This document shows positions 22,619 through 33,830 of a DNA stretch of 39,653 nt, in pieces (within the stretch, counting starts at the first letter, position 1; each line of letters opens with the position of its first letter). Both the position numbers and the translations under genes were made by a program. The stretch lies in assembly GCF_001194135.2 (NCBI RefSeq), contig NC_069005.1, forward strand, positions 18,079,588-18,119,240, written 5' to 3'. The notes under the pieces are model-generated. The model searched no databases and was not told the DNA's origin. It saw only the letters and a list, made by a program, of their open reading frames with translations. This stretch comes from Octopus bimaculoides. Taxonomy: Eukaryota.

Positions 22619-23200
22619 CTGGCATTGAAATTGTCAAGCAAAAATAGTTTACCTGAAGCTGACACACCTGAGAGTGTGGATTCAACATCTTAGTAAAACT
22701 CATTCCTAATCTCACCAGAATGGGTCATGGTGGGAACATATGCACTGATAAATTTATTCCTCTTTTCAAGTAAAATTCTCAGGAACATGATTCTATGCTT
22801 AGTCCTTTGGAAACAGATTCCAATTGAGTAAGAGAAGAAGTTTGCATATCTTCTATATTTTCTTTACCTTTCCAGAGATACATATAACCTAAACATATTT
22901 CTTTCTGCTGACCCTTATTGGCAAACTGAGTCTCACTGAGTGCAACTATATCTAGATTATACTGAACAAACTGAAGAGAAATTAGTGCTGCTCTTTTATA
23001 GTTGCTGTCATTATCTTTGAGGGCCCACCATCATCTCTACATAACAATGGCCTTAAAAAGTTTTTAGATCTACCCAAATCCAGCACTACAACACTCTGCC
23101 TGGCTGAGCCTGTCCTAACCCTTAATTGCTTTTCTTTCTCTGGGGAATTTCATAAGCATGTTAGTAGTGTCACTATGGGAACTAGGATGCAATCCAATTA
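22619..23200 (-). mobile_element. Same RTE/BovB-type LINE, APE N-terminal part and probable 5' UTR
   Basis: YNLDIVALSETQFA, ISAYVPTMTHSGEIRNEFY*DVES..KLFLLDNFNA (frameshifted). Confidence 0.75.
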
Positions 23201-23469
23201 TGCCAATGACTTTGTAAGTCACACTGAAGAGCAAGTCATTATATTACCAACTTTTGCTGGTGCCACCATTCTTATAAGACAACAATTGAATAGTTTTATC
23301 GCTTCCATTAATGCTTTGGGATTTAACCAATACTTCTGTTAGTGTTCTTGATATCTCCATCACCATAAAAATATTCACTTATATACATCTCCAGAGCACC
23401 CAGCCCCACACTTTGTGATGATGCAACATCTGCCCCTAACCAACACTGAGTCTAAGTCCCAATATCATA

Positions 23470-23620
23470 TTCAAAATATTTGTTACACATTGTATAACCT
23501 TATATACTGTTTCATATGCAAAATTTGCTGCACCTTTTATTTCGAGGAAATGAGTTGATGCCTTACTAGTCACTTTCAAAAGTACATTCAAAACACAAAC
23601 TATATATACCAGGCCAACAT
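23470..23620 (+). pseudogene. Degenerate Penelope-like GIY-YIG fragment
   Basis: YNLIYCFICKICCTFYFEEMS*CLTSHF resembles NLIYCI.C..C...YIGETGR.L..RF. Confidence 0.5.
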
Positions 23621-23759
23621 GTTGCCACTTACTTCTGATATGTAGACCATCACCCAACCACGAGTTTCTCTCACCCCAACTTTTTCCTGGGGAAGAACTG
23701 CCTGGAAAGTTGGATTTTCCACTCCTCATGGCTAACACTATACAAATTTTAGTGATGGT

Positions 23760-23762
<3 letters not shown>

Positions 23763-23809
<47 letters not shown>

Positions 23810-24202
23810 NNNNNNNNNNNNNNNNNNNNNNNNNNNNNNNNNNNNNNNNNNNNNNNNNNNNNNNNNNNNNNNNNNNNNNNNNNNNNNNNNNNNNNNNNNN
23901 NNNNNNNNNNNNNNNNNNNNNNNNNNNNNNNNNNNNNNNNNNNNNNNNNNNNNNNNNNNNNNNNNNNNNNNNNNNNNNNNNNNNNNNNNNNNNNNNNNNN
24001 NNNNNNNNNNNNNNNNNNNNNNNNNNNNNNNNNNNNNNNNNNNNNNNNNNNNNNNNNNNNNNNNNNNNNNNNNNNNNNNNNNNNNNNNNNNNNNNNNNNN
24101 NNNNNNNNNNNNNNNNNNNNNNNNNNNNNNNNNNNNNNNNNNNNNNNNNNNNNNNNNNNNNNNNNNNNNNNNNNNNNNNNNNNNNNNNNNNNNNNNNNNN
24201 NN

Positions 24203-24252
<50 letters not shown>
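23763..24252. repeat. (GA)n microsatellite spanning an assembly gap
   Basis: GA runs on both sides of the N-run. Confidence 0.9.
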
Positions 24253-24257
<5 letters not shown>

Positions 24258-24471
24258 GTGTGTGTCATTTATGCACTGCAAGACTAATAATCTGGTGTAT
24301 TTCTCAATATACATACATTTCGGAACAAAGTGTTAGATGAGTATAGAGCAGTAATAAGAAAAAGAGAGATGATAGAAAAAACAATAGTTATGCTATGAAC
24401 TTCATTAGCGTACAGCTGTTTCTGCTATAAGAGATACATACACACATATATACACATACTTACAACATATA

Positions 24472-24690
24472 CAGTAATCCCTCGACATATTGCGGTTCAC
24501 CTATTGTGTTTTATTATCTAAGCTTACAATTCCTCTGTGGTATTGTTTTGCATTTATAATAAAATAAATATAAACAAATTATATAAACAATTTTTTAAAT
24601 ATACGGTCCAGTACTGTTTCTACTTCATGGATTTTCACCTATTGCAGGGGTTTTTAGAACGTAACATCCACGATAGTCGAGGGATTACTG
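24472..24690. mobile_element. Tc1/mariner-pogo (Tigger-like) MITE, 219 bp
   Basis: Perfect 15-bp TIR CAGTAATCCCTCGAC / GTCGAGGGATTACTG with a TA target duplication on both sides. Confidence 0.9.
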
Positions 24691-24859
24691 TACATATGTA
24701 CTTATATATGCATACACACACTTATGAAAAGGTGTGAAATAAGGTGTGTAGAAATAATGGGGGGGGGGCTTACTATGTGGGAGGGGTGGGATGTATTTAG
24801 GGACATAGGTAAAATAAGTAAAATAAGAAAAATAAGATATAATGAAAAATTATCTTGTA

Positions 24860-26065
24860 TTGTCAGATGAGATGTTGAATGCCTTTAGGTATAGAGGTAA
24901 TACATGATGTATCCAAATTGTGTTGTGAAGAGGAGAAGGTTGGTTCCAAGTTGTGGAAGAGGCAAGGTGTCATCATGTATAATAAGAGTGCAAACTTAGG
25001 ATCTTGTATATCTAGATACTTGTAAAGGAATATATAATGTTGGTATAGAAGAGTGGTAAAGCAATGGGTAGACATAAGAACATTCCTGGGGTAGCTGAGA
25101 GCAAATTGGATAGCTAACCAGTTGATAGCTTGAAGAATTTTTGAAGAGGCTTCCTATGGAGGGGACATGATTTGGAGTTTAACAGTTTGAGTGGTAACAT
25201 TAGGATGTTAAATTTTTCTGCTAAGCAGAATTGGCACTTACTACCGATCGAACATGCTGGGGTCAATTCTATAATACTTAATTTAATGCTATAGGAAGCA
25301 CCTTCGCTTCTTAAATTTGAAATATATTGTGAGAAGGTTGTTGATTTTTTGTCTTCATGTCTGAAGGTGTGTGTATGTTGGGTGTACCTTGATTTGAAAT
25401 GCCTACATAGCATTTTGAATGCCTGTATAGCATTTTGAATGCCTATATAGCATTTTGTATCACTACTGATATTATCAATAGTAGTTAACACTTCAGCACA
25501 AAAAATCAATTTTTTTTTAAGGCATGCACCTTTATTAAGACAGTTGCACTGAGATGAGGGTCCATTAGTAGGAAATGGATTTAGTTTTTTCTCTATTAAG
25601 TGTAGCTGTAACTAACTTTTAGATCGAATCTATTAAAAAATCTCATGAAACTTGTGGTTGCTAGGAAAATGTTGGCTTACTAGATTCAGGAATGCTCTTC
25701 CAATATTAGATTTTGCTCTTAAGCTGAAAGGTGGGTTGTACCATATAGTTTTCTCTTCCTGGTTCTTATACTATTAGTGCTATTTAGTTGAGGGATGTAA
25801 TTTATTGTTTCATTAAAGCCATTTCTTTTCAGGGCATTGTTGTAAAATTTAGCTGCATGGTCGAAAAATTTTTTATTGGAAGAGATCTTTGATATTCCTT
25901 TTGCTAATGTTTGTAGATAAGTTTTTGATATTAGATGGGTGAATAGAATGCTTACTAATGTATCACCTTGTTGGATTTTTCTGTAGGGGCTGTAGGATCC
26001 TGAATTTAGGTTCATTGTAATATCTAGGAAATTAACTATTCTAATTTTGAGTTTAAAGTTTTTAA
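24860..26065 (-). mobile_element. Penelope/Poseidon-type PLE 3' portion (RT thumb, linker, GIY-YIG)
   Basis: VNFLDITMNLNSGSYSPYRK, SNIGRAFLNLVSQHFPSNHKFHEIF, CNCLNKGAC, KCYIG..FKSRYTQHTHTFRH..CQFCLAEKFNIL; 20-bp x2.8 minisatellite at 25401-25456. Confidence 0.85.
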
Positions 26066-26710
26066 ATATATCAACCAGGTGTCGACCAGTGTGTCCAATG
26101 TATGGGGAGTACATTGAGCACAAAAAAGAGCAGTGGACGCAGTAATTACTGGATGTGCAAATGATGGAGTTGTGGTGTGGAAGGAGCAGTTATGGGTACT
26201 GTTGAAGAGGGTGGTTTGAGAGGAAGAGACAGGTGGAAGAGTATGTTCAAGAGCAGTGGAAGTAGCCGGGTTGAGTGCCAGCAGAGGAGAAAGAATAGGG
26301 TGGAAGGTTGGTGAGTTGAAGGGGAGGCAGGTAAGGGTTGGACAACTATGAGGGAAAAGGGCTGATGTCAACAGAATGAGCATGGATGAGGGCAGCTTGG
26401 ATAACAGTAGTGGGATATCCTCATTGAGTGAAATGGCAAGCCACGAGTTGGAACTGTCTCAAAATTATGAACGTCAGTACAGAACTGATAGAGAAGGAAG
26501 AACTAGAAATAGGGGATGGATAGTTTAGAGTGGGAAGGAGAAATTAGGGTAGGAGCAGGAGTTTGTAGGCTTCTAGTGGATAAAGGTGGTGTGAGAGGAA
26601 TGGATGATAGCAACAGAAATGTCAAGAAAATTAACGGTGGTGTTGAAGACAAAGTAAAATTCAAGTGAGGAAGGAGTTTTTACAGGAAAGTGTGGTTGCA
26701 TCGATACAAT
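26066..26710 (-). mobile_element. Second PLE family fragment (RT C-terminal part to GIY-YIG; Neptune-like, related to 38905-39653)
   Basis: INFLDISV..KPTNSCSY (RT), then CTSSNYCVHCSFLCSMYSPYIGHTGRHLVD (GIY-YIG). Confidence 0.75.
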
Positions 26711-27560
26711 TGTCAAAGTACTTAGTAATTCCATAACTATAAGTATCTGTACTAAATCTTAACCTTGAACTAAGACCTACTACTTAACAAGTATTACCCC
26801 CTCCCTTATTAATCCCCCATTCTTATACATACCAAATTCTTCTAAACCACTACTTCCCACTGCCCTCATAGCCTCCCCACTACCCTCTTATTTCTCCTCC
26901 TTACCAAAAGTACTTAATACTACCTGACTCCTTTGGGCACTAACCTCTATCCCCTCCCTATTCACATCCCTCTATTCAATTTCATACACCTCTGCATACC
27001 ATGGCACTCCCCCCACCAATACCAACCCAATTCCTTTGCCCTACTAACAACTGCTAAATTGACCACCTACTCACCCCCACTCTATCTTCCCTGATACCTC
27101 TCTACATACCTTAGTAATCTCCCTCAGCCACTGAACCAGTCAACTTACTTCCCTGAAATAATAGCCATTCCCTTTCTCACTATCTCAACCATTAATTCTA
27201 TAGCTTTCATACAAATTAACACAAAAATCACCATTTGTATACTACTTAAACCACTCTCCCCTCTTCCTCCAACTTTCCACCTCTACTACTATGACTCCTT
27301 ACTAGCCTCCTAATTAATCTCTAACCCTTGAAATTTATTTTCTCCTCTCACTATCCTCCATCTGAATACCTCCCCAATTCCTCCTCTAATACACATTGCT
27401 CTCCACAAAATCATTCCATTTTTAATCAACTTTCTGTCAACACCTCAAATATAAAATTTCTTTCCTGAAGACAGAGGCTTGTATCACCCGACAATGGAAT
27501 CAATTTACAATCATAATTTTGGACCATTAAACCCCAGAAACAGCTGTTGGATTTGTAATA
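26711..27560 (+). mobile_element. Highly decayed PLE-like 3' end followed by a pseudo-LTR with a hammerhead-like motif
   Basis: C-rich decayed coding-like tract; CTGAAGA at 27465-27471 and GAAACAGCTGTT at 27537-27548. Confidence 0.5.
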
Positions 27561-27760
27561 TTCTTCTTCAACCCCCTTAATTCTTGATGTCATTTCTATT
27601 CTGTGTAAGCTGGACCTTTTTGTAGGTAAATATATACACTTTTTTTGTATTTAATGTATTCTTTGTACATTGACCTGCCTAACTTGCTTGTCCTTATATT
27701 TACTCCTATATATAAATATATATACATGCACACTATATATATATATATATAAAATATAAT

Positions 27761-28115
27761 GTCTTCTACAATAGCCTCAGGTTGAACAAAGCCTGGTGAA
27801 TGGATTTGGATGATGGAAACTGAAAGAAGCTGTCATGTGCAAGACATTGCATGTTAGTTGCAAATGAATGTCACTGTCATACAACAGTGTGAGAATATAT
27901 CTGGTCATGGGGACATATTACCTTACTTAGAAACTGGCAAGGTTTGATGACAGCCATAGATCCATCTCAAATAAACTGTCTTACCCATGCAAGCAAGAAG
28001 AAGAATGGGTGTGAAATGATGATTGCTAATGAATGATAATATATTGGACAAACAGGTAAGGGTTGACAACAGAAAGGCATCCATCCAAAAAGGGAATGCC
28101 AAAATGAACAAATGA
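27761..28115 (+). mobile_element. 5'-truncated CORE-type SINE with RTE-like tail region
   Basis: gtcttctacaatagcctcagg..ggatttggatgatggaaactgaaagaagc..atatctggtcatgggg. Confidence 0.7.
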
Positions 28116-28279
28116 GCAACGCACATACACACACACATGTAAAATAGCTTCAGAGCGAAATTAGAAACTATATTTTTGTCAGTGATAGGTTTGTCATATC
28201 TAACATTATACTAACACCTACTCCTACCCCCAGTAGGGGCAACAATCTTAACATGCTTGAATGTCTGAATAATGACAGG

Positions 28280-31200
28280 TCGAAAGTGAGAACAGGTGTA
28301 GCATGTCTATCAAACACGAAAACCTTCTTCTTTTCAGACACTGAATAACATCTCCCCTTCCCATGCCTCCTCCTACATTCATTTCCCTGTTTTTAGAGTT
28401 GGCACTGTCAATGTAGGCACACTAAAAGGTAGGTCTAATGAGATTGTAGAGATGCTTGAACAGAGACATGTTGATGTATGCTGCATACAAGAGGTAAGGT
28501 AGAGAGGAACTTCAGCCAAAGTCCTCACAAGTAAGGCACATAGGTATAAAATCTTCTGGGAAGGTAAGTGATGTAGTAGGGGATGTAGGCATACTCTTTG
28601 CAGAGAAATAAATAGATAAGGTCATAGAGGTAGTCAGCATATGCGATAGAGTGTTTATGGTCAGGCTAGTCTTACAGAATAGCATTGCTACAATTATCTC
28701 TACCTACGCACAACAAGCAGGCCTACCAAACAGTCAGAAGGACCACTTTTATGACACCCTTCTACAGGCTACCTCAGAGACGAGTGGCAATGACCTCATC
28801 TTTGCGGGTGGAGATTTTAATGGGCATATCAGACGGCAATCCGGTATCTTCCATGGTGTTCACGGAGACCATGGAATTGGTTCCCGAAACAAAGAAGGAA
28901 CTAGACTACTGAAGTTCTGTGATGCATGCAACCTATTAATCTGCAACACTAACTTCAGGAAGCCAGACAACCACCTGATAACCTATTAATCAGGCCAGAT
29001 TGATTTCATACTCACCAGACAGTGGGATGTAGGATTGCTCTTAAATACAAAGACCTTCCCTGGTGAAAAATGTATCCTCCAGCATAGACTAGTTATTAGT
29101 GACTTTAGGCTCAAGGCCAGAAGGATGCCAAGAAGCAGACCAATCCAGAAAAGAAGGATTTGGAAGCTAAAGAAACCCTTCACATAGTCAGACATTCAGG
29201 GACATACACACTGAGAAATCTGATGAGAGAGAAGAGGAGCTACAAACTTCAGACATAGAAGGTAATTGGAAATTCCTACGGGACAGCTTACTGAGCGCCA
29301 CAGACCAAATCTGCAGCTGGTGCAAAGTCCCTTCCAGACCTAATGTGGTCGTAGAAGACTACAGTAGACAAGGCCATTAGAGCAAAGAAACAGGCCTGGA
29401 AAGCCCGGAAAAGTGGAGATAGCAGGGAACTATACCAGATAGCCAGAAGGGAGGCTGGGCAACAACTATACATAGCCAAGGGTGAAGCAGAAAAGTTTGC
29501 CAATGTTCAGCGACGTGAGGACCAACGAACTGAAGTATTTTGGATTGCAAAATAGTGTGTGAAAGAAAATTGCTTAAAATATCTGGTGGTGTGGGTTATG
29601 GTCTAGTCACCCGTATTGTAAACCAGGTAGTTCACGAAGGAGTCATACCCAATGACTGGCATAGCAGCACTATAGTCAACTGCTACAAAGGTAAAGGCGA
29701 TGCTTTAGATAGAAATGACTACAGGGGTATCAAACTGCTGGATCAGGTGATAAAGATCATGGAGAGGGTCATAGCCCAACTAATTAGGGAGAGGGTCTGC
29801 TTAAATGAGATGCAGTTCCACTAAGGATCAGTCCTCAGCCCCCTTTTATTCATTATAGTCCTCCAAGCAATAACACAGGAATTCAAGACAGGCTGCCCTT
29901 AGGAGCTCCTCTCATAGCAGAATCACTACCAGAACTAGAGAAGAAATTTCAGTTGTGGAAGCAAGGTTTAGAATCGAAGGGCCTTAGAGTCAATGTTGCA
30001 AAAACCAAAGTCCTAGTTAGTAGGAAGGCAAACACATCACAAACCCCTTCAGGTAGATGGTCCTGCTTGATCTGTAGAAAAGGTGTAAGTAGAAATTACA
30101 TAAGATGTACCTAGTGCTATGGATGCATAAAAGGTGCAGCAATATCAAAGGAAGGTTAACCAGGAAGATAGCTTTTGTGTGCGGCAGATGCACAGGAGCA
30201 ATAAACACTGCAGATGCTCAGAAAACTGATACCATCACATGCCAGAGGAAGAAACTAGAAGTAGTTGATAGCTTCCGCTACCAAAGTGACCAAGTTTGTA
30301 GTGGAGGTGGATGCTTGGAGGGCATATCCACTAGAATAAGAATAGCCTGGGCAAAGTTCAGAAAGTTCCTACCTCTACTGGTGACAAAGGGCCATTCACT
30401 CAGAGTGAAAGGTAGATTGTACAATGCATGTGTGTGAACTACCANNNNNNNNNNGTGAAAGGTAGATTGTACAATGCATGTGTGTGAACTACCATGCTAC
30501 ACAATAGTGAAGCATGGGCCATGACTGCTGAAGACATGCATAGGCTTGAAAGAAATGAAGCTAGTATGATCTACTGGATGTGTAATGCACACACGACAGT
30601 GTTAACGCCCTGAGAGAAATGTTGAACATAAGAAGCATCAGATGTGGTGTGCAAGGGAGACGACTGTGCTGGTATAGTCATGTGCTACATATAGATGAGG
30701 AGAGCTGTGTGAAGAAGTGTCACTCCCTAACAGTGGAAGGAACCCGTGGAAGAGGAAGATCCAAGAAGACATGGGATGAGGTGGTGAAGCATGACCTTTG
30801 AATGTTGGGCCTCACAGAGGCAATGACGAAAGACCAAGACCTCTGGAGATATGCTGTGATTGAGAAGACCTGGCAAGGGAAGTGAGATCACAGCTGTAGC
30901 CTACACCAGTGTTGCATAACCAGCCCATTTAAAAAGTACCTTTGAATCGTCGGGTGACATTCCATGCTTAAGGAGACCCATTTGAGTCATGTAAATCAAA
31001 ATCAAATCAAATCATAATCAAATGGAAATTGTAGTTGTGGCCATTACCAGTGCTGGTGGCATGCAATAAGCACCATTCATGCATGGTTTGCTGCCAGATC
31101 CACCTGACTGGCTCCCTGTGCTGGTGGCAAATAAAAAGCACCATCCAAACGTGGTCGATGCCAGCCCCGCCGCCCCAACTGGCTCCTGTGCTGGTGGCGG

Positions 31201-31457
31201 TGGCACATAAAAAGCACCATCCGAACATGGCTGATGCCAGTGCCGCCTGACTGGCTCCCATGCTGGTGGAACGTAAAAAGTATCCACTACACTCTCAGAA
31301 TGGTTAGTGTTAGGAAGGACATCCAGCTGTAGAAACATTACCAGATCAGATTGGAGCCTGGTGTGGCCTCCTGACTTGTCAGTCCCCGATCAAACCATCC
31401 AACCAATGCCAGCATGGAAAACGGACGTTAAACGATGATGATGATGAAGATGATGAC
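28280..31457 (+). mobile_element. Near full-length but internally deleted RTE LINE (APE, partial RT, PHD-like finger, 3' UTR, (GAT)n tail)
   Basis: FRVGTVNVGTLKGRSNEIVEML, GGDFNGH, NTNFRKP, IPNDWHSS..NDYRGIKLLDQ, RGRGRSKKTWDEVVKHDL; tail gttaaacgatgatgatgatg. Confidence 0.93.
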
Positions 31458-31474
31458 TACAACAATATACTCAC

Positions 31475-31565
31475 ATTTCTTGTTTTCATAGATATTAATC
31501 TTCCTTTTGAAGCCAGCTTCCAGATCTTTCTGCCATGTCCTTAACAGTTTCTCAAGTACTGGTTT
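31475..31565 (-). CDS. POLRMT: POLRMT exon, 91 nt, phase 0/1: KPVLEKLLRTWQKDLEAGFKRKINIYENKK(Y)
   Basis: Acceptor ctcattctgtattcag|, donor T|gtgagt; phase matches both neighbours; W...L..(A/G)F motif precedes the LYPYL motif. Confidence 0.85.
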
Positions 31566-31861
31566 CTGAATACAGAATGAGATATGTTACATTGGTAACA
31601 ACATATACAGTAAAGGATATGCAAGTTTGACAGGAGTGACATTTTCTCTTGGACTACTTGATATACCTATCAAATCTTCTTCAAATCATACACTACTGTC
31701 TTTAAAATAGAAGATATTCTCAATGCACTAAGGTGAATAAAAGACAAAACACATCAAATAATGTAGTCTTAGATAAACGGTGTCTCAACAAAAGACAGAA
31801 CACATAAGATAGTCCTAGATACAGAGGTCTGAATAAAAGACAAGAAATATAAAGTAATGTA

Positions 31862-32262
31862 GGTGCAGGAGTGGCTGTGTGGTAAGTAGCTTGCTTACCA
31901 ACCACATGGTTCCGGGTTCAGTCCCACTGCATGGCACCTTGGGCAAGTGTCTTCTACTATAGCCTCGGGCCGACCAAAGCCTTGTGAATGGATTTGGTAG
32001 ACGGAAACTGAAAGAAGCCCGTCGTATATATGTATATATATGTGTATGCGTGTGTATATGTTTGTGTCTGTGTTTGTCCCACCAACATTGCTTGACAACC
32101 GATGCTGGTGTGTTTACGTCCCCGTAACTTAGTGGTTCGGCACAAGAGACCTAGAGAATAAGTACTAGGCTTCCAAAGAATAAGTCCTAGGGTCGATTTG
32201 CTCGACTAAAGGCGGTGCTCCAGCATGGCCGCAGTCAAATGACTGAAACAAGTAAAAGAGTA
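31862..32262 (+). mobile_element. Full-length tRNA-derived CORE-type SINE
   Basis: Box A TGGCTGTGTGG, box B GGTTCAGTCC, CORE-like ACCTTGGGCAAGTG, internal TA/TG tract, tail gactgaaacaagtaaaagag. Probably one of the described octopus OK/OR SINE families (not verified). Confidence 0.88.
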
Positions 32263-32660
32263 ATGCATTTTAGACACACAATTTCTGAATAACAAGAATG
32301 ATACATTAGATAACATAGTCCTACATATCAATAAAAGGAAGAAACAGTCACAGCTGGAATGTATTTGACTATAGGTCTGCTGGATTAGGTCTGACTAGGG
32401 GCTACATAACTATATTCATTCAAATTAACTACTATACAATACATTGACTATTGTTGTCCTAGGTATACTATGTCTGAATAAAATATGGGATGGTCACAGT
32501 TGGAACATCTCTGACTACAGATGTGCTGGATCAGAGAAGACATGAAGCCAAAAAAAATATAGTCCAATGGAGCAGGAAATTGAGGCAAACATCACTGAAA
32601 CAATGACTTGGTATGTATTTGCATATGTATAAGACAACGATAAATATGATATCAGCATAC

Positions 32661-33165
32661 CATCATCATCATCATTTAATATCCGTTGTCTACGCTGGCA
32701 TGGGTTGGACAGTTTGACCAGGGCTGGCAAGCTGGGTGGGGGGCTGCATCAGACTCCAGTCTAATTTGGCATGGTCTCTACAGCTGGATGCCCTTCCTGG
32801 TGCCAAACAATCTAAGAGTGTAATGGGTGCTTTTACGTGCCAGTTGTGTGACACCAGTATCTGCCATAACTACAATTTCACTTGCCTTGATGGATCTTCT
32901 TCTCAAGCATGGCATAATGCCAAAGGTCTCGGTCATTTCTCACTGCCTCTATGAGGCCCAACACATGAAAGGTGCATTTTACATGCCACTGGTATCAGCC
33001 ACCTTTGCCTCCATGAGGCCCAATATTTGAAAGGTACATTTTACATGCCACTTACATGACACCAGCATTGGCTACAACTATAATTTCACTTGGCCTGAGA
33101 AGTCTTTTCATGCATGGCATATTGCCAAAGGTCTTGGTCATTAGTCATTGCCTCTGTGAGGAACA
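32661..33165 (-). mobile_element. RTE 3' UTR fragment with (GAT)n tail
   Basis: catcatcatttaatatccg..ctctacagctggatgcccttcctgg and repeated ttttacatgccac motifs. Confidence 0.75.
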
Positions 33166-33352
33166 AAGTTCAAAGAACATACTTCACCACCTCGTACCAT
33201 GTCTTCTTGGCTCTACTTCTACCACAGGTTCCTTCCACAGTTAGAGATTGGCACTTCTAAGTTTAATATTAGTACAATTGTTTCAGTACCACTCCATTCT
33301 GAACTACATAACACTTCTTCCTATGCTTACCAAATTCTTGTAGAATACTTAC

Positions 33353-33493
33353 AGTTGAAGGCTGGATTTTCTCTTGGTTGATAACAGACTTTAGCACCAC
33401 ATGGTCATCACATTCCCACTTATGCTGTAACAATAACTGTTTCTCCAGATGGTCGTTATCCACTACTCCATGGTAAGGATTCTTTTCAATGAC
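33353..33493 (-). CDS. POLRMT: POLRMT internal exon (1st in window), 141 nt, phase 0/0: VIEKNPYHGVVDNDHLEKQLLLQHKWECDDHVVLKSVINQEKIQPST
   Basis: Acceptor tttcttatatgaag| (weak), donor ACT|gtaagt; open frame joins the next exon; resembles the Q..E...V.V.SV segment of animal POLRMT as I recall it. Confidence 0.75.
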
Positions 33494-33535
33494 CTTCATA
33501 TAAGAAATACAGAGACATATGTCAGCATATATATA

Positions 33536-33830
33536 CATCATCACATTATTTTAACATCCAATTTCTATGCAGCGCGAGTGAGATAAAGTTTATTAGGCAG
33601 AACGTCTATGGGCTGATGCCCTTCCTGTCACCAACTCTTGTCTGTTTCTCAGCAAAGTAATATTTCCCCATGCCCAGACATATTTTCGTAGAACATTAGA
33701 AATGAGTGATATTCATTTACAACAATCATGTGATGCCAAGACAAGGAGACATAGACACACACACACATATACAACAAACTTCTTTCAAACCATGTGGTTG
33801 ACAAGCAAACTTCAACCTATACACACACAC
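33536..33830 (-). mobile_element. SINE with RTE-type tail
   Basis: ttttaacatcc..gatgcccttcctgtcacc..gtaatatttccccatgcccagaca, as in 10497-10885. Confidence 0.65.

Noticed and set aside
30415-30495. 40-bp direct repeat gtgaaaggtagattgtacaatgcatgtgtgtgaactacca flanking a 10-N gap
   Set aside because: Typical unmerged contig overlap, an assembly artefact.
31050-31290. Repeat-spacer pattern superficially like a CRISPR array
   Set aside because: Eukaryotic LINE 3' UTR context, degenerate repeats, related spacers and no cas genes.
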